Position numbers and translations under genes: made by a program
Part shown: positions 28,962-39,007 of the stretch, in pieces
How the letters are laid out: each line of letters opens with the position of its first letter
Position numbering within the stretch: the stretch's first letter is position 1
Assembly (NCBI GenBank): GCA_044376115.1
Contig: JBILLK010000005.1
Location: 320,001-384,000, forward strand
Direction of reading: 5' to 3'
Length of the DNA: 64,000 nucleotides
Origin: Polyangiaceae bacterium
GTDB taxonomy: Bacteria > Myxococcota_A > Polyangia > Polyangiales > Polyangiaceae
The notes under the pieces: generated by a model
What the model was told of the DNA's origin: nothing
The model's input: the letters and a program-made list of their open reading frames with translations, nothing else
Database searches by the model: none

Positions 28962-29614
28962 GTCGGCTGGCGCTCTTCGACATGGACCGAACGCTGCTCG
29001 AGAAAGAGACGGCCTCGCTCTATGTTCGCTATCAACGCGAGCAGGGTGAAGCGTCGCTCTACGATCTGCTGCGGACGATCGGCTGGGTCTTGCAGTACAC
29101 CGCCGGGGTGATCGACATCGACAAGGTCGCGCGCCGCGCGCTCGCGCCGTTGCGTGGCTCGCCGGAGTCGGAGCTGACGCGCAAATGCGAAGCGTGGTTT
29201 CCAAGCTACGTGCAGAAATACGTGAGCGCGGGTGGTCGCAGTCGGGTGCGTGAGCATTTGGAGCGGGGAGACGTGGTGGCCATCGTTACCGGCGCTTCGG
29301 TCTATGCATCGCGACCGCTCGCTCGCTTGCTCCAGATTCCGCACATTGTTTCGACGGTGTTTGAGGTCGATGCGCAGGGCTTGTTTACCGGCCTGCCCGA
29401 GGAGCCGCTGTGCTTTCGTGAGGGCAAGCTCGAGCGCGCGCGCGCCTTCGCTGAGCGCATGGGTCATTCGTTGGACGAGGCCGTCTTCTACAGCGACAGC
29501 ATTACGGATCTGCCGCTCTTGGCGGCCGTGAAGGAGGCTGTGGCCGTGAATCCAGATCGCCGGCTCGCGCAGGAAGCCAAACGTCGCGGTTGGCCGATCG
29601 AACGTTGGTACTAA
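28958..29614 (+). CDS. HAD-IB family hydrolase (SerB-like)
   Basis: ALFDMDRTL, VTGAS, GKL, YSDSITDLPLL, AVNPD; start overlaps the upstream stop. Confidence 0.9.
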   Translation: MSRLALFDMDRTLLEKETASLYVRYQREQGEASLYDLLRTIGWVLQYTAGVIDIDKVARRALAPLRGSPESELTRKCEAWFPSYVQKYVSAGGRSRVREHLERGDVVAIVTGASVYASRPLARLLQIPHIVSTVFEVDAQGLFTGLPEEPLCFREGKLERARAFAERMGHSLDEAVFYSDSITDLPLLAAVKEAVAVNPDRRLAQEAKRRGWPIERWY

Positions 29615-29651
29615 TCCCAACGAGCCCGCTAGGCTTGGGTTGGAGGCTGAC

Positions 29652-30836
29652 TTGAAGAAGCTTACGACCCTGTTCGCATCCGTTCTTGCGCTGACCGTGG
29701 CTTGCGGTGATGAGGCGTCCTCGAGTGGTTCGACCGATGGGGGCGGTGGCAGCGGTGCCGCCGGACCTTCCGGACCTGGGCCCGGCCCGGGAGGCAGTGA
29801 AGGGACGGGGGGCGTACCCAACCCGCTGACCGATCCCGAGGATGGTCCGCCTGCGGGCAATCCAAACCCCGAGGCGAGCTGCGCTGTTCCCGCCGAAGGT
29901 CAGCTGGCCGATGTGTCGAGCCCGCGCACCGTCGTCGGTGATGGCACTCCAGCTTCATGCACTTCCGAAGCGGTGATCCTCGCGGTCGCGGCAGGCGGCG
30001 TCATTACCTTCGACTGTGGGCCGGATCCGGTGGTGATCACTCTGCAAGAGACCGCGAAGATCTTCAACGACACCGGCCCGGAGATCGTGATCGACGGTGG
30101 TGGGCTGGTCACGTTGAGCGGTGCTGGCGCACGCCGCATCCTGTACATGAACACCTGCGATGAGGCGCAGCACTGGACCACCGCGCAATGCGACAACCAG
30201 GATCATCCGCGGCTTACGTTGCAGAACCTCACGTTCGTGGACGGTAACTCCAAGTCGGAAACCGAGTTCGACGGCGGGGGCGCTGTGTGGGTGCGCGGTG
30301 GCCGTCTCAAGGTCATCAACTCGCGCTTCTTCAACAACGTTTGTGCAGATGATGGGCCCGATGTTGGTGGGGCCGGCTTGCGCGTCTTCAGCCAGTACAA
30401 CGGCCTACCGGTCTACGTCGTCAACACCACCTTCGGCGGCGCCGAGGGCTACGGCAACGCCTGCTCGAACGGCGGTGGGCTAAGCAGCATTGGCGTCTCC
30501 TGGTCGATCTACAACAGCCTCTTTTCGCACAACCAGGCGATTGGTTCGGGCGGCAACCCAGCCCAGGCAGGCACGCCAGGCGGTGGCAGCGGCGGCGCTA
30601 TCTACAACGACGGTAACGAGATGACCCTTTCGCTCTGTGGCACCCGCATCGAGCACAACGAGGTCGTCCAGCACGGCAGCGCGATCTTCTTCGTCAGCAA
30701 CAATCACGCGGGGGATATCCGCATCGATCGCTCGGTGATCAGCAACAATGTCGGCGGGAGCTGGTACCCAACCTACCCCCAGATCTCCGGCCACGATGAC
30801 ACGCCCATCGTGGTGACGGACTCGACAATCGAGTGA
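29652..30836 (+). CDS. Lipoprotein with a right-handed beta-helix (pectin lyase/polymorphic repeat-like) domain
   Basis: GGAGG then TTG start; lipobox TVAC; Gly/Pro linker; VGDGTPASCT, GGVITFDCG, IDGGGLVTLSG, GGAIYND, FxxN repeats. Confidence 0.75.
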   Translation: MKKLTTLFASVLALTVACGDEASSSGSTDGGGGSGAAGPSGPGPGPGGSEGTGGVPNPLTDPEDGPPAGNPNPEASCAVPAEGQLADVSSPRTVVGDGTPASCTSEAVILAVAAGGVITFDCGPDPVVITLQETAKIFNDTGPEIVIDGGGLVTLSGAGARRILYMNTCDEAQHWTTAQCDNQDHPRLTLQNLTFVDGNSKSETEFDGGGAVWVRGGRLKVINSRFFNNVCADDGPDVGGAGLRVFSQYNGLPVYVVNTTFGGAEGYGNACSNGGGLSSIGVSWSIYNSLFSHNQAIGSGGNPAQAGTPGGGSGGAIYNDGNEMTLSLCGTRIEHNEVVQHGSAIFFVSNNHAGDIRIDRSVISNNVGGSWYPTYPQISGHDDTPIVVTDSTIE

Positions 30837-30866
30837 TGTCCTTACGAAATTAGGGACGTAACGCAT

Positions 30867-32639
30867 TTGTCACGCTATTGTGACAATCGAGTGGTAGCCG
30901 CGTCCCCAACCCAGCCACAGCCGATCGATGCCGGCGCGCCCAGCTCTTTGGCGCCGTCGGTCCGAGCGCGTTTGACGGAAGGTGCTCCTGCTCCTGCGCA
31001 TCCGCTGGAGCTGAAGCGAGGTCGCGGTAAGGGCGCACGGCCCACGGTTCACGTGGTCGCCGCCGCCGACGAGCCCTCTGCCAGTGAGTGGGGTTCTTTA
31101 CTCAGCGATCTATCGCGCGCCGCTTCCGGTCCGAGCGAGGTGGAGTGGCGTGTTCACGACAAGACGCACCTCGAGTTCGCCATCGACTACCCGTTCGAGT
31201 TGAACGAGAAGCGCGCTTACACCTGGGAGGCTTTCTTCTTCGTCCCGGAGAGCTTTCGACTGCAGCAGACCACCTACGACAAGAAGCAAATCTACGACGA
31301 CTTGCTCAGCTATGTCCGTCTTGCGATTCCCGAGGTTGCCTTCGATACGATCGCCGAGGCTTGCAGCGCGCATCGCTGTGACAGCGAGGCGGTGGGCAAA
31401 TTGCGCAGCAGCATCCGAGCTGCTTGCGGCGCATATGATGCCGACGCCGCTTCCAAGAACGCGGTTCGTCGGCTGCGCGTGTTCGCCTGCGTGGTGCGCT
31501 CATCGGGCCTCGCGGCGCAGCGTCGAATGCTCGCCATCCTCGAGGACCCTACCTCGGGCGCGGAGGCGGCGCGCGCCGTGCTGGCCTTCCTCAACCTCGC
31601 GCAGCAGACCTCTGCTGGTTACCGGGCGCTGGTCCTCGACGCCGAAGCGTGGGAGCTGCCTTCGGAGGTGCGAGTTGCGCTGCGTTGGGTCGATGAAGAT
31701 CTGTCGCTCTTTCTGGAGACGCTGCACGCCACGGCCAGCGTGCGCCTACAACAGCGGTCAAACGACGCAGGCCAGCCCAACGAGCTGGCGGCGCGTCTCG
31801 CGGCTGATGCCGTCGCCGAGGCGAGATATCGACGCGATCGAAGCTACCCCTCGGTCGGATCGGACGCCGCTACCGGGCGGGACATCGAGCACATCGAGTT
31901 TCGGCGCCACGTGCTCAAGCGCTTCACCTCGAGCGTGCTCTGGCTGAAGCACGAAGTGCGAGACCGCAGCTCGTGGGTGATGCACACGCTCTATGCCTTT
32001 GCTGCGGCAGTAGCGATGACCTTTGCCGTGTTCGCCACGTTGCACGCGGCGGAGATGCAGCGCTACTTCGCTCTCTCGGTTGCGCTGCTGGTCGTCAGTT
32101 ACGCGGTCAAAGATCGCATGAAGGCCATCCTGCAGCAGGCCTTCACGCGCTGGGCTGATCAACGTTTTCCCGATCGTAACTGGACGATCCTGGACGAAGA
32201 ACGAGCCACCGAAGTGGGTGTGGTTGAAGAGCGTGCAGGCTTTCGTGCGTTCATGAAGTTACCTGCCCCGGTACTAACGGTTCGTCGTATGACCCGCGAG
32301 CATGCGCTCGAGGAGCATGCCCGCCCGGAGACGGTGCTCTGGCACCAAAAGAAGGTGATTGTCGAGTCGCGTAAAGAAGGCCAACTGCCTTCCCCGATGA
32401 TGACCGAGATCTTTCGGCTCAACCTCGGCCCGTGGCTCGCTCATACGGATGATCCCAACCGCACCATCACCTTCGCCGATCCGGAACACGGCGTGGTTTG
32501 CTCGGCCAACGCACGGCGGGTCTACAACCTGAACGTGATTTACGCGCTGACGAGCCCTGGGGTCGAAGCGCAGTGGAAGCGGATCCGCGTCGTCGTTTCG
32601 CGTAAAGGCATCGAGCGGATTGACCCGATTGCCCTTTAG
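30867..32639 (+). CDS. Conserved hypothetical protein with two central TM helices
   Basis: 590-aa ORF with GC-type codon bias; HDKTHLEF, FFFVPES, YAFAAAVAMTFA, SYAVKDRMK; true start probably downstream. Confidence 0.7.
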   Translation: MSRYCDNRVVAASPTQPQPIDAGAPSSLAPSVRARLTEGAPAPAHPLELKRGRGKGARPTVHVVAAADEPSASEWGSLLSDLSRAASGPSEVEWRVHDKTHLEFAIDYPFELNEKRAYTWEAFFFVPESFRLQQTTYDKKQIYDDLLSYVRLAIPEVAFDTIAEACSAHRCDSEAVGKLRSSIRAACGAYDADAASKNAVRRLRVFACVVRSSGLAAQRRMLAILEDPTSGAEAARAVLAFLNLAQQTSAGYRALVLDAEAWELPSEVRVALRWVDEDLSLFLETLHATASVRLQQRSNDAGQPNELAARLAADAVAEARYRRDRSYPSVGSDAATGRDIEHIEFRRHVLKRFTSSVLWLKHEVRDRSSWVMHTLYAFAAAVAMTFAVFATLHAAEMQRYFALSVALLVVSYAVKDRMKAILQQAFTRWADQRFPDRNWTILDEERATEVGVVEERAGFRAFMKLPAPVLTVRRMTREHALEEHARPETVLWHQKKVIVESRKEGQLPSPMMTEIFRLNLGPWLAHTDDPNRTITFADPEHGVVCSANARRVYNLNVIYALTSPGVEAQWKRIRVVVSRKGIERIDPIAL

Positions 32640-32641
32640 CG

Positions 32642-32675
32642 GCTCAGGGTTTGGGGATGCTCAGGGCTTGGGGAT
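32642..32675. repeat. 17-bp tandem duplication of the pssA 3' end
   Basis: GCTCAGGGTTTGGGGAT followed by GCTCAGGGCTTGGGGAT (1 mismatch). Confidence 0.75.
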
Positions 32676-33302
32676 ACGCAGCGTGCTGATCATCAGTGAC
32701 CCGCTGACAAGGTACATGGCTACGAGCGGATGAAAGACGAACGGGCCGATCGTATGAGCCCCAAACCAAAGCGCATCCCCGGTTGCGCCCTGGGAGTAGG
32801 CGATTCCGAGCACGAGCACCAGTAGCAAGCTGGTTGGGATGGGAGTGCCCTCGTAGTACTTCACCTTGCCAGTCCCGTCGGAGAGCGCCGACGCCGTGAC
32901 GTTGAAGCGAGCCAGCCGGGAGATGCCACAGGCGACGAAGTAGCAGAGCGCCAGGCCATCCCAGCCACCACGCATCCCAAGCGCAAAGGCGAGCGCTGCG
33001 GGCGCCACACCGAAGGAGACGACGTCAGCCAGTGAATCCAGGTCCCCGCCGAGCGGGGAGGACTTGCGCCGCCAGCGCGCAACGCTGCCGTCGAGCACGT
33101 CGCAAATCAACGCGACCGGCAACAGGATGAAGGCGGTCAGCGCTGCGCTGCGCTCCTCAGCCCGCACGAACGCCATGCTCGCCAAGATCGCCCCAGTGCC
33201 ACAAAAGGCGTTGCCGAGCGTGATCACGTCCGCCAGAACGAACGTTCGGATCATCGAGAACGGTACTTTGCCCGGGAGCTTGGGGCGTTCTTCGCTGGCC
33301 AC
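32661..33302 (-). CDS. pssA: CDP-diacylglycerol--serine O-phosphatidyltransferase
   Basis: ADVITLGN, CDVLDGSVARWRRKSSPLGGDLDSLADVVSFGVAPA, RLARFN, YYEGTPIP. Confidence 0.92.
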   Translation of the reverse strand: MASEERPKLPGKVPFSMIRTFVLADVITLGNAFCGTGAILASMAFVRAEERSAALTAFILLPVALICDVLDGSVARWRRKSSPLGGDLDSLADVVSFGVAPAALAFALGMRGGWDGLALCYFVACGISRLARFNVTASALSDGTGKVKYYEGTPIPTSLLLVLVLGIAYSQGATGDALWFGAHTIGPFVFHPLVAMYLVSGSLMISTLRIPKP

Positions 33303-33435
33303 CTATGTCATGTACAGAATCAGACCGTGAATGGCACGGGACATTCGACCGAAGGCAGGGGCGGTGGGCAGTTTAGCGGAGGACTCTCCGTTGAAAACGA
33401 GACCCTGCTCGGGCTTGGGCGGCTCCCGCCCGCCT

Positions 33436-35361
33436 TCAGCCCCATTCAGTTCGCTGAACCACAGGGAGCTGCAGTGCGCGCTCGCGGTCGAGGTCGAGCG
33501 AGCCGACGTGAAGCGTCAGCGGGGCTTGCACCCACTTGTAGATCGAGCGCGTGAAAAGCGTCGCGAACTTCTTGGCATAGCCCGCGAGTACCAAGGGATC
33601 GATCGCTGGAAATAGGCTTGGCAGAGCCTCCGCGACCTCCGTGGCGGAGAGCTTCTCCGCGCCGTACAGGTGAAGGCAGGTATCGAGCACCTCGAACGGC
33701 ATGAGCTCGGCCTCTCCCGATTGATTTTCCGCGAGCTCGGGGCCCGCGGTGGTCTCGAGTGTGCGCGCGATCCCAGGATAGGCAAAGCGCGCCAGCAGCC
33801 TGTCGAGAAGGGCGATGACCACCGTCTTCGGCAGGTTCGCGATCACCGAGAGGGCGCCCTCGAGGTCTCCGCCGACGGTGGTGTAACCGAGCGATTTTTC
33901 GCTCATGTTGCCCGTTTGCAGGAACAGCGCGCCGCTGGTGTTGGACCAGTTCCACATGCGTTGGCCGCGAATACGCGCCTGGACGTTTTGCTTCGTCAGC
34001 TCGGTCGGCTCAGCGCCGGCGAGCATGGTGCGTGTTGCGTCGAGCTCCCGATCAAAGGCCTCTTCGATCGAGAGCACACTGAAGGAGGCGCCCAGGTCCT
34101 CAGCGATCTGCCGTGCTGCGTCCGCGGTGCCGTTCGACGAGTAACGCGTTGGCATGTAGAAGCAGTGGAGGAAGCTCGGCATGACGGTCCGTAGCTCGTC
34201 CTCCGATAGCCCGTTGTGCACCAATTGCGCGGCGCGATGGGCGACCAAGAGCGTCAACAGTGAATCACGGCCACCCGAGAGCGCGAGGCCAAGCGACTTG
34301 AAGGCACCCGTCTTGCGGAAGTAGTCGGCGACGCCCAGCGCCAAGGCCTCGTACAAATCGTCGAGCAGCTCATCGCGAGCTGAGGTTGTTGGCTTGCGCA
34401 CCGAAGGCAGAAAGAAGGTCGAGCCTGCGGCCGGCGAGGGATAACCGAGCTGCTTGCGTGCGAGCCGAGAAGCTTCGGTGGCTGCGACCTCGGGCAGGCG
34501 CACGAGGCGTACTGGCCGCTGGGTGCTGCGATGATCTTCAAGATCGGTACGCCATGTGCTGGCCTCGCGTCGCATGCGGGTGGTGCGATCGAGATCGACG
34601 ATGCCGCAGGCAAGGCCCTCGCGAAAGCGAGCCGCCTCAACGATCGGTCGGCCGTTTTGGTTGATGAAGCCACCGCCATCGAAGATGAGGCCGTCGTTCG
34701 CGCCGACGAGATTGGCGTAAACCACCGTGGTCTGATTGTCCGAGGCGCGCGTGGCGATCATTTCGCGGCGAGTCGAAAGCACGCCGGCGCGGAATGGGCT
34801 CGCCGAGACGTTGCACACGACTTCAGCTCCGGAGTAGCAGCGGCGTCGCATTGGGCCATCCGGAGACCAGATATCCTCGCAAACCTCGACCGCGAAGGTG
34901 CCGAACTCGGCTTCGAAGATCAGGTCACCGAGCGGGACGCCATGGGCCTCGATCTCGAGCCCTGGGGTGCCGCGTGAGAGCGTGCGAGCTTCGTAAAACA
35001 CGTTGTACGTAGGAAGCTTTTCTTTGGGCACGAGCCCGATCACCTGGCCGGCGAAGACCACCGCAGCGCAATTGAACAGGTCCCCTCCAACGCCAACCAC
35101 GAGGCCGAGCACAAACACAGGCGAAAAGGCTGCCGTCTGCGTCGCAAAGGACTGTAGTGCATCCCACTGCGATGCGACGTAGGCGCGCCACTGCACCAAA
35201 TCTTCAGGCGAATAACCGCCAATCGCTTGTTCTGGGAACACGACGATCGCTGCCTGCTCTTCATGGGCTTGCTGCGCGATCTTCAGCATCCGACCGACGT
35301 TTTCGCGCACGGCTCCAACGGTGGAGTTGACGCTGGCCACAGCAAGCTTCACGAGTCTCAT
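33436..35361 (-). CDS. nadE: Glutamine-dependent NAD+ synthetase
   Basis: Nitrilase domain (FPE, PKEKLPTYNVFYE, EVCEDIW) plus synthetase domain (ALSGGRDS, QNVQARIRG, TGNMSE). Confidence 0.95.
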   Translation of the reverse strand: MRLVKLAVASVNSTVGAVRENVGRMLKIAQQAHEEQAAIVVFPEQAIGGYSPEDLVQWRAYVASQWDALQSFATQTAAFSPVFVLGLVVGVGGDLFNCAAVVFAGQVIGLVPKEKLPTYNVFYEARTLSRGTPGLEIEAHGVPLGDLIFEAEFGTFAVEVCEDIWSPDGPMRRRCYSGAEVVCNVSASPFRAGVLSTRREMIATRASDNQTTVVYANLVGANDGLIFDGGGFINQNGRPIVEAARFREGLACGIVDLDRTTRMRREASTWRTDLEDHRSTQRPVRLVRLPEVAATEASRLARKQLGYPSPAAGSTFFLPSVRKPTTSARDELLDDLYEALALGVADYFRKTGAFKSLGLALSGGRDSLLTLLVAHRAAQLVHNGLSEDELRTVMPSFLHCFYMPTRYSSNGTADAARQIAEDLGASFSVLSIEEAFDRELDATRTMLAGAEPTELTKQNVQARIRGQRMWNWSNTSGALFLQTGNMSEKSLGYTTVGGDLEGALSVIANLPKTVVIALLDRLLARFAYPGIARTLETTAGPELAENQSGEAELMPFEVLDTCLHLYGAEKLSATEVAEALPSLFPAIDPLVLAGYAKKFATLFTRSIYKWVQAPLTLHVGSLDLDRERALQLPVVQRTEWG

Positions 35362-35426
35362 CGCAACCTGTGTAGCTTCAGTGCCGGTCTACTGGAAGGG
35401 CGGAGCTGCTCCACCCTCGAGTCCAG

Positions 35427-36671
35427 TCAACGCGGGCGGGCGTAGCTACCGAGCGTATTGCGGTTGCGGGTCGAGGCTTCTGCGACGTTGGCGATCTTCC
35501 CGAGCAAGGCGTCCGGAGGAGGGAAGGAGATCGGCTCACCGGTGGAGCGGACCACCATGTCCCAATAGGCCCGGCCCGAAGCGATACCGCGTGCTCGATA
35601 ACGTTCCGAGAGCGCTGCTGGAGCTCGGCTGGCCGCCAACTCCGCTGCGCGAACCAGCGACTTTACCGGCCCGAAGGCGTACCGGTACTCATGCCGCGGT
35701 ACGTCCAGCTGATCCGATAGCTCTTCACCCAGCACTCCGCGAATGAGCCCTTGCCCGAGGCGCACTGTCTTCTCGGCGCGCTTGCGCTCAGCCTCGGTGG
35801 CTCGGGCCGGCGTTTCACCCGAGGCGAACAAAGCGCGACTCAGCCTGCGCGAGTCATCATCAGGGCCTTCTTCGGTCAGGCCGATCATGTCGAGCAGACG
35901 CCGAGCGTCGTGTTCGCTCGTCGGCAGCACCTCGTTGTCGACGCCGATCAGGTAGCCCGAATAGCGCCAGAGTTGCATGTAGAGGTGCACCTCCTCGTCG
36001 CTCAGCAGAAAGCCAAAGTTGCGCAGGCTGTCGATCACGACGATGGAGAAAAGCAGCGAGGTCGCGCCCATGTCGTGCTGATTGGCCGGGACGCCCCACT
36101 CCGCCTCTTTCCAGCCAGCGGAGGCCCGCAGCATTCTGCGCACATACGCGTGCATGATGCGTACACGCACGGTGATCGCGTAGCCCTCGGCGTGCAGCGC
36201 CAAGCCGTTGGGCGTGCACGTCTGTTCGACGAAGCGTGAAGTCTCCGCGAGCCGCCGGGGCGTTTGCTCGACCAACCTGCCCGAGAACACCAGCGGCTTG
36301 TTGCCAGCGGGCGACGCATAGCCAAAAAGCAGCGAGGCTGCCAACGCCAACCCGCCGAACCAGCCAACGCGAAAGAGCAATTGACCACCGCGCTCCAAAG
36401 CGCCTTTGTCGAGCCAAGCGGGCACCGTCTCGACCTCTTCGAACAGGCTTACGAGTTCAGCGGGAGCATCACGAACTGTGGCGATCCCTCTCGTTATCGC
36501 TTGGTCCACCATGGCCATCGCGCGAGCCTTGGGCAGCGCCGCGAGCGACTCTACCGCTCGATCGGCTAGCAGATCACCGCGCAGCAGCAGCACCCCAAGT
36601 CGATCGACGGCCGGCCCGAATTGGGCCCGAGCCTGTTCCACGTTAACGAATCTGCGCGGGCCAACGGTCAT
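35427..36671 (-). CDS. MpaB/DUF2236 (ER-bound oxygenase / rubber oxygenase catalytic domain) family protein
   Basis: RGDLLAD, VPAWLD, RRLAET, VRIMHAYVR, WGVPANQHDM, LWRYSGYLIGV. Confidence 0.85.
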   Translation of the reverse strand: MTVGPRRFVNVEQARAQFGPAVDRLGVLLLRGDLLADRAVESLAALPKARAMAMVDQAITRGIATVRDAPAELVSLFEEVETVPAWLDKGALERGGQLLFRVGWFGGLALAASLLFGYASPAGNKPLVFSGRLVEQTPRRLAETSRFVEQTCTPNGLALHAEGYAITVRVRIMHAYVRRMLRASAGWKEAEWGVPANQHDMGATSLLFSIVVIDSLRNFGFLLSDEEVHLYMQLWRYSGYLIGVDNEVLPTSEHDARRLLDMIGLTEEGPDDDSRRLSRALFASGETPARATEAERKRAEKTVRLGQGLIRGVLGEELSDQLDVPRHEYRYAFGPVKSLVRAAELAASRAPAALSERYRARGIASGRAYWDMVVRSTGEPISFPPPDALLGKIANVAEASTRNRNTLGSYARPR

Positions 36672-37603
36672 TCGATGAAGGTCTCGGCGAGTGAGAGGAT
36701 CTGGTCGAGTTCTGCTGCGGATAAGTCGAGGTGCGACTTCACCTTGTCCTCCGCAGGGGTGAATTGCACAGGGCCAAAAGCGCGAATCTTGACGATGCCC
36801 AGATTGACGCTCGTGGCATCGTCGATTCCGCGTGTGAGGCTGGCTGCGTCGGCGGCTGCGTTTTCAGGTGTGCTTTGACCCACCGCATCTATGGTGGCGC
36901 CGCCCCCATCATTCAAGACCACGGTCGCGGTCAACCCGGTAACCGTTGCAGGGATCTTCGGTACGCCGCGAGCTCGCAGCGAATCGGCCGGCTCGGTCAC
37001 CATGATGGCTGCGGCCTCGGTTCCCTGCGGGTCTGGTAGGCCACCCGTTTCAGCGAAGGCGGAACATCGGTCTGCGAGGTCCACCGGCAACACCACGACG
37101 AAGCGAGGGGGCAGAAAGCAGACCACGCCCGCACGGCCTTTCTTTGCGACTTTGACCGTCCAGTTGGGGGCCGCCTCGAGCACCTCACCTGGCGGCTCGC
37201 TCTTGCCGGCGAGCTCTGCGACCAACGCTGGGATCAGCTTCGCGTCGACCGAGTGTTCGGCAAAGACGATGGCGCGCTCCTCACGAGCGTTGTTCGAAAC
37301 CACGACAGCCTTGGTTACGTCGCGCAGCGGGTCAAACTTGGAGCCCTCGAGCAGATCCTTCGCTGGGCCGAGGTTGAGCAGCTTCGCTCCGACAGGGTGC
37401 GGTTTGACCCGATCGACGAAGACCAGCGCCGAGATGCGGCCCTGTACGAGCGAGGCTGCAATTCCCATCGCGTCCTTTGGCCGCGCTGGCTCCCCGCTGG
37501 CCGTAGGGACAGCTGGGTCGCTCGGTGTTGCGCTTCCGCAGGCAGCTACGGCAAGTAGCAAGCTCAGCAACCCGGTCCACTGCACAATCGGCTTTTTCGG
37601 CAC
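36668..37603 (-). CDS. Hypothetical lipoprotein
   Basis: Lipobox VAAC; stop overlaps the downstream ATG. Confidence 0.7.
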   Translation of the reverse strand: MPKKPIVQWTGLLSLLLAVAACGSATPSDPAVPTASGEPARPKDAMGIAASLVQGRISALVFVDRVKPHPVGAKLLNLGPAKDLLEGSKFDPLRDVTKAVVVSNNAREERAIVFAEHSVDAKLIPALVAELAGKSEPPGEVLEAAPNWTVKVAKKGRAGVVCFLPPRFVVVLPVDLADRCSAFAETGGLPDPQGTEAAAIMVTEPADSLRARGVPKIPATVTGLTATVVLNDGGGATIDAVGQSTPENAAADAASLTRGIDDATSVNLGIVKIRAFGPVQFTPAEDKVKSHLDLSAAELDQILSLAETFIE

Positions 37604-37697
37604 GTGCGGAGCTTAGTCCATCCCAGCAGGCCAGGCAGTGCCAGCAACAACTTCGCAACGGTTGCTTGGCTTTGATAGGCTCCCTAACGGAGTAAAT

Positions 37698-38978
37698 ATG
37701 GGCACTTCTTTGCTTCGTTCCAGCGCCGTTGTCTTGCTGCTCGTCGGTTGCACCCAGGACTTCGACCGCTTTCGGTCGACTGGCGGAGGCGGCTCAACCG
37801 CGGGTGGTGGTGGCTCGGGCGGAGCGAGTGTCGGTGGTGGCGGCGCAGGAGGTGGCGGCGGACCTGCAGGAGGTGGCGGCCAGACAAGCTGCGTAGACGG
37901 CAACTGCGTCGACCCTGGCGAGTGCGCCGATGCCGCATGCGTCAACGATGTCTGCGTCGAAACCCCGCTGCCGGCTGGGACGACTTGCAGCGCGGGTGTT
38001 TGCTCGCCCGGTGGCGACTGCGTCGAATGCAATAGCAACGACGATTGTTTCAACGGAGAGACCTGCAACGTCACCGATTGCGTCCCACCAGGATGCTTTG
38101 ATGGCGTGATGAACGGTGGGGAGACGGGCCAGGACTGTGGTGGCCCCTGCCCATCGTGCGCGAACGGCGGTGGCTGTGTGACCGCCGCTGACTGTCAGAG
38201 CGGTTTTTGCAACGGCACCCAATGCGCCCCTTGCAGCGCGACCGACGATTGCGCCGCTGCAAACTTCTGCAACGCCCAAACACAGGTCTGTGACCCCGAC
38301 CTCGTCACCGGCTCGGCTTGCACTGCATCGAATCAATGTGTCAGCGGGAATTGCGCCGATGACTTTTGTTGCGACACGCCCTGCAGCGGGACCTGTGAGG
38401 CCTGCTCAAGCGCCAAGAGCGTGGGGCCAGACGGCACCTGCTCCTTGATCGACGTGATTGCAGATGCAGACCCGGATTCGGAGTGCAGCAACGGCCTGTG
38501 CACGACTGGCGATTGTGATCCCAACGCGGCTCAGTGCGAACTCGAGGCAGTTGGAAGTTCTTGCGGTGGCGACGTTTGCTCCGGATTTCAGCTCACGGTC
38601 TCGAGTTGCGACGCGAACGGCGGCTGCATGATGAACACGGCCGCTTGTCCCAACGGCTACCGTTGCCAAGGCAACGGCAGCGCCTGCCGCACGACCTGCA
38701 GCAACAACGGTCAATGCCAGGACGCATTCTTCTGCTCGGGCAATCAATGCATGCCGAAGCTGTCGCTGGGGGTTAACTGTGGTGACGACTTCGAGTGTCA
38801 AAGCGGGATTTGCCAGCCGGACGATAACCGTTGCTGCAATAGCCTCTGCGATGACCTCTGTGAAACCTGCGACAACGTAACTGGCATGTGCACCCCAATC
38901 ACCGCCGGGGACCCAGACGGTGAGTGCGACACAGCGCCGAACGTGAATTGTGTGGCAGGCAACATGTGCGGGCCCTGA
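37698..38978 (+). CDS. Cys-rich repeat lipoprotein
   Basis: GGAG RBS; lipobox LVGC; Gly linker; many C-x4/5-C repeats, NGGETGQDCGGPC, CVSGNCADDFCCDTPC, DPDSEC. Confidence 0.8.
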   Translation: MGTSLLRSSAVVLLLVGCTQDFDRFRSTGGGGSTAGGGGSGGASVGGGGAGGGGGPAGGGGQTSCVDGNCVDPGECADAACVNDVCVETPLPAGTTCSAGVCSPGGDCVECNSNDDCFNGETCNVTDCVPPGCFDGVMNGGETGQDCGGPCPSCANGGGCVTAADCQSGFCNGTQCAPCSATDDCAAANFCNAQTQVCDPDLVTGSACTASNQCVSGNCADDFCCDTPCSGTCEACSSAKSVGPDGTCSLIDVIADADPDSECSNGLCTTGDCDPNAAQCELEAVGSSCGGDVCSGFQLTVSSCDANGGCMMNTAACPNGYRCQGNGSACRTTCSNNGQCQDAFFCSGNQCMPKLSLGVNCGDDFECQSGICQPDDNRCCNSLCDDLCETCDNVTGMCTPITAGDPDGECDTAPNVNCVAGNMCGP

Positions 38979-39007
38979 GTCTCAGCTTCCTGCGCTAACC
39001 TCCCGGC

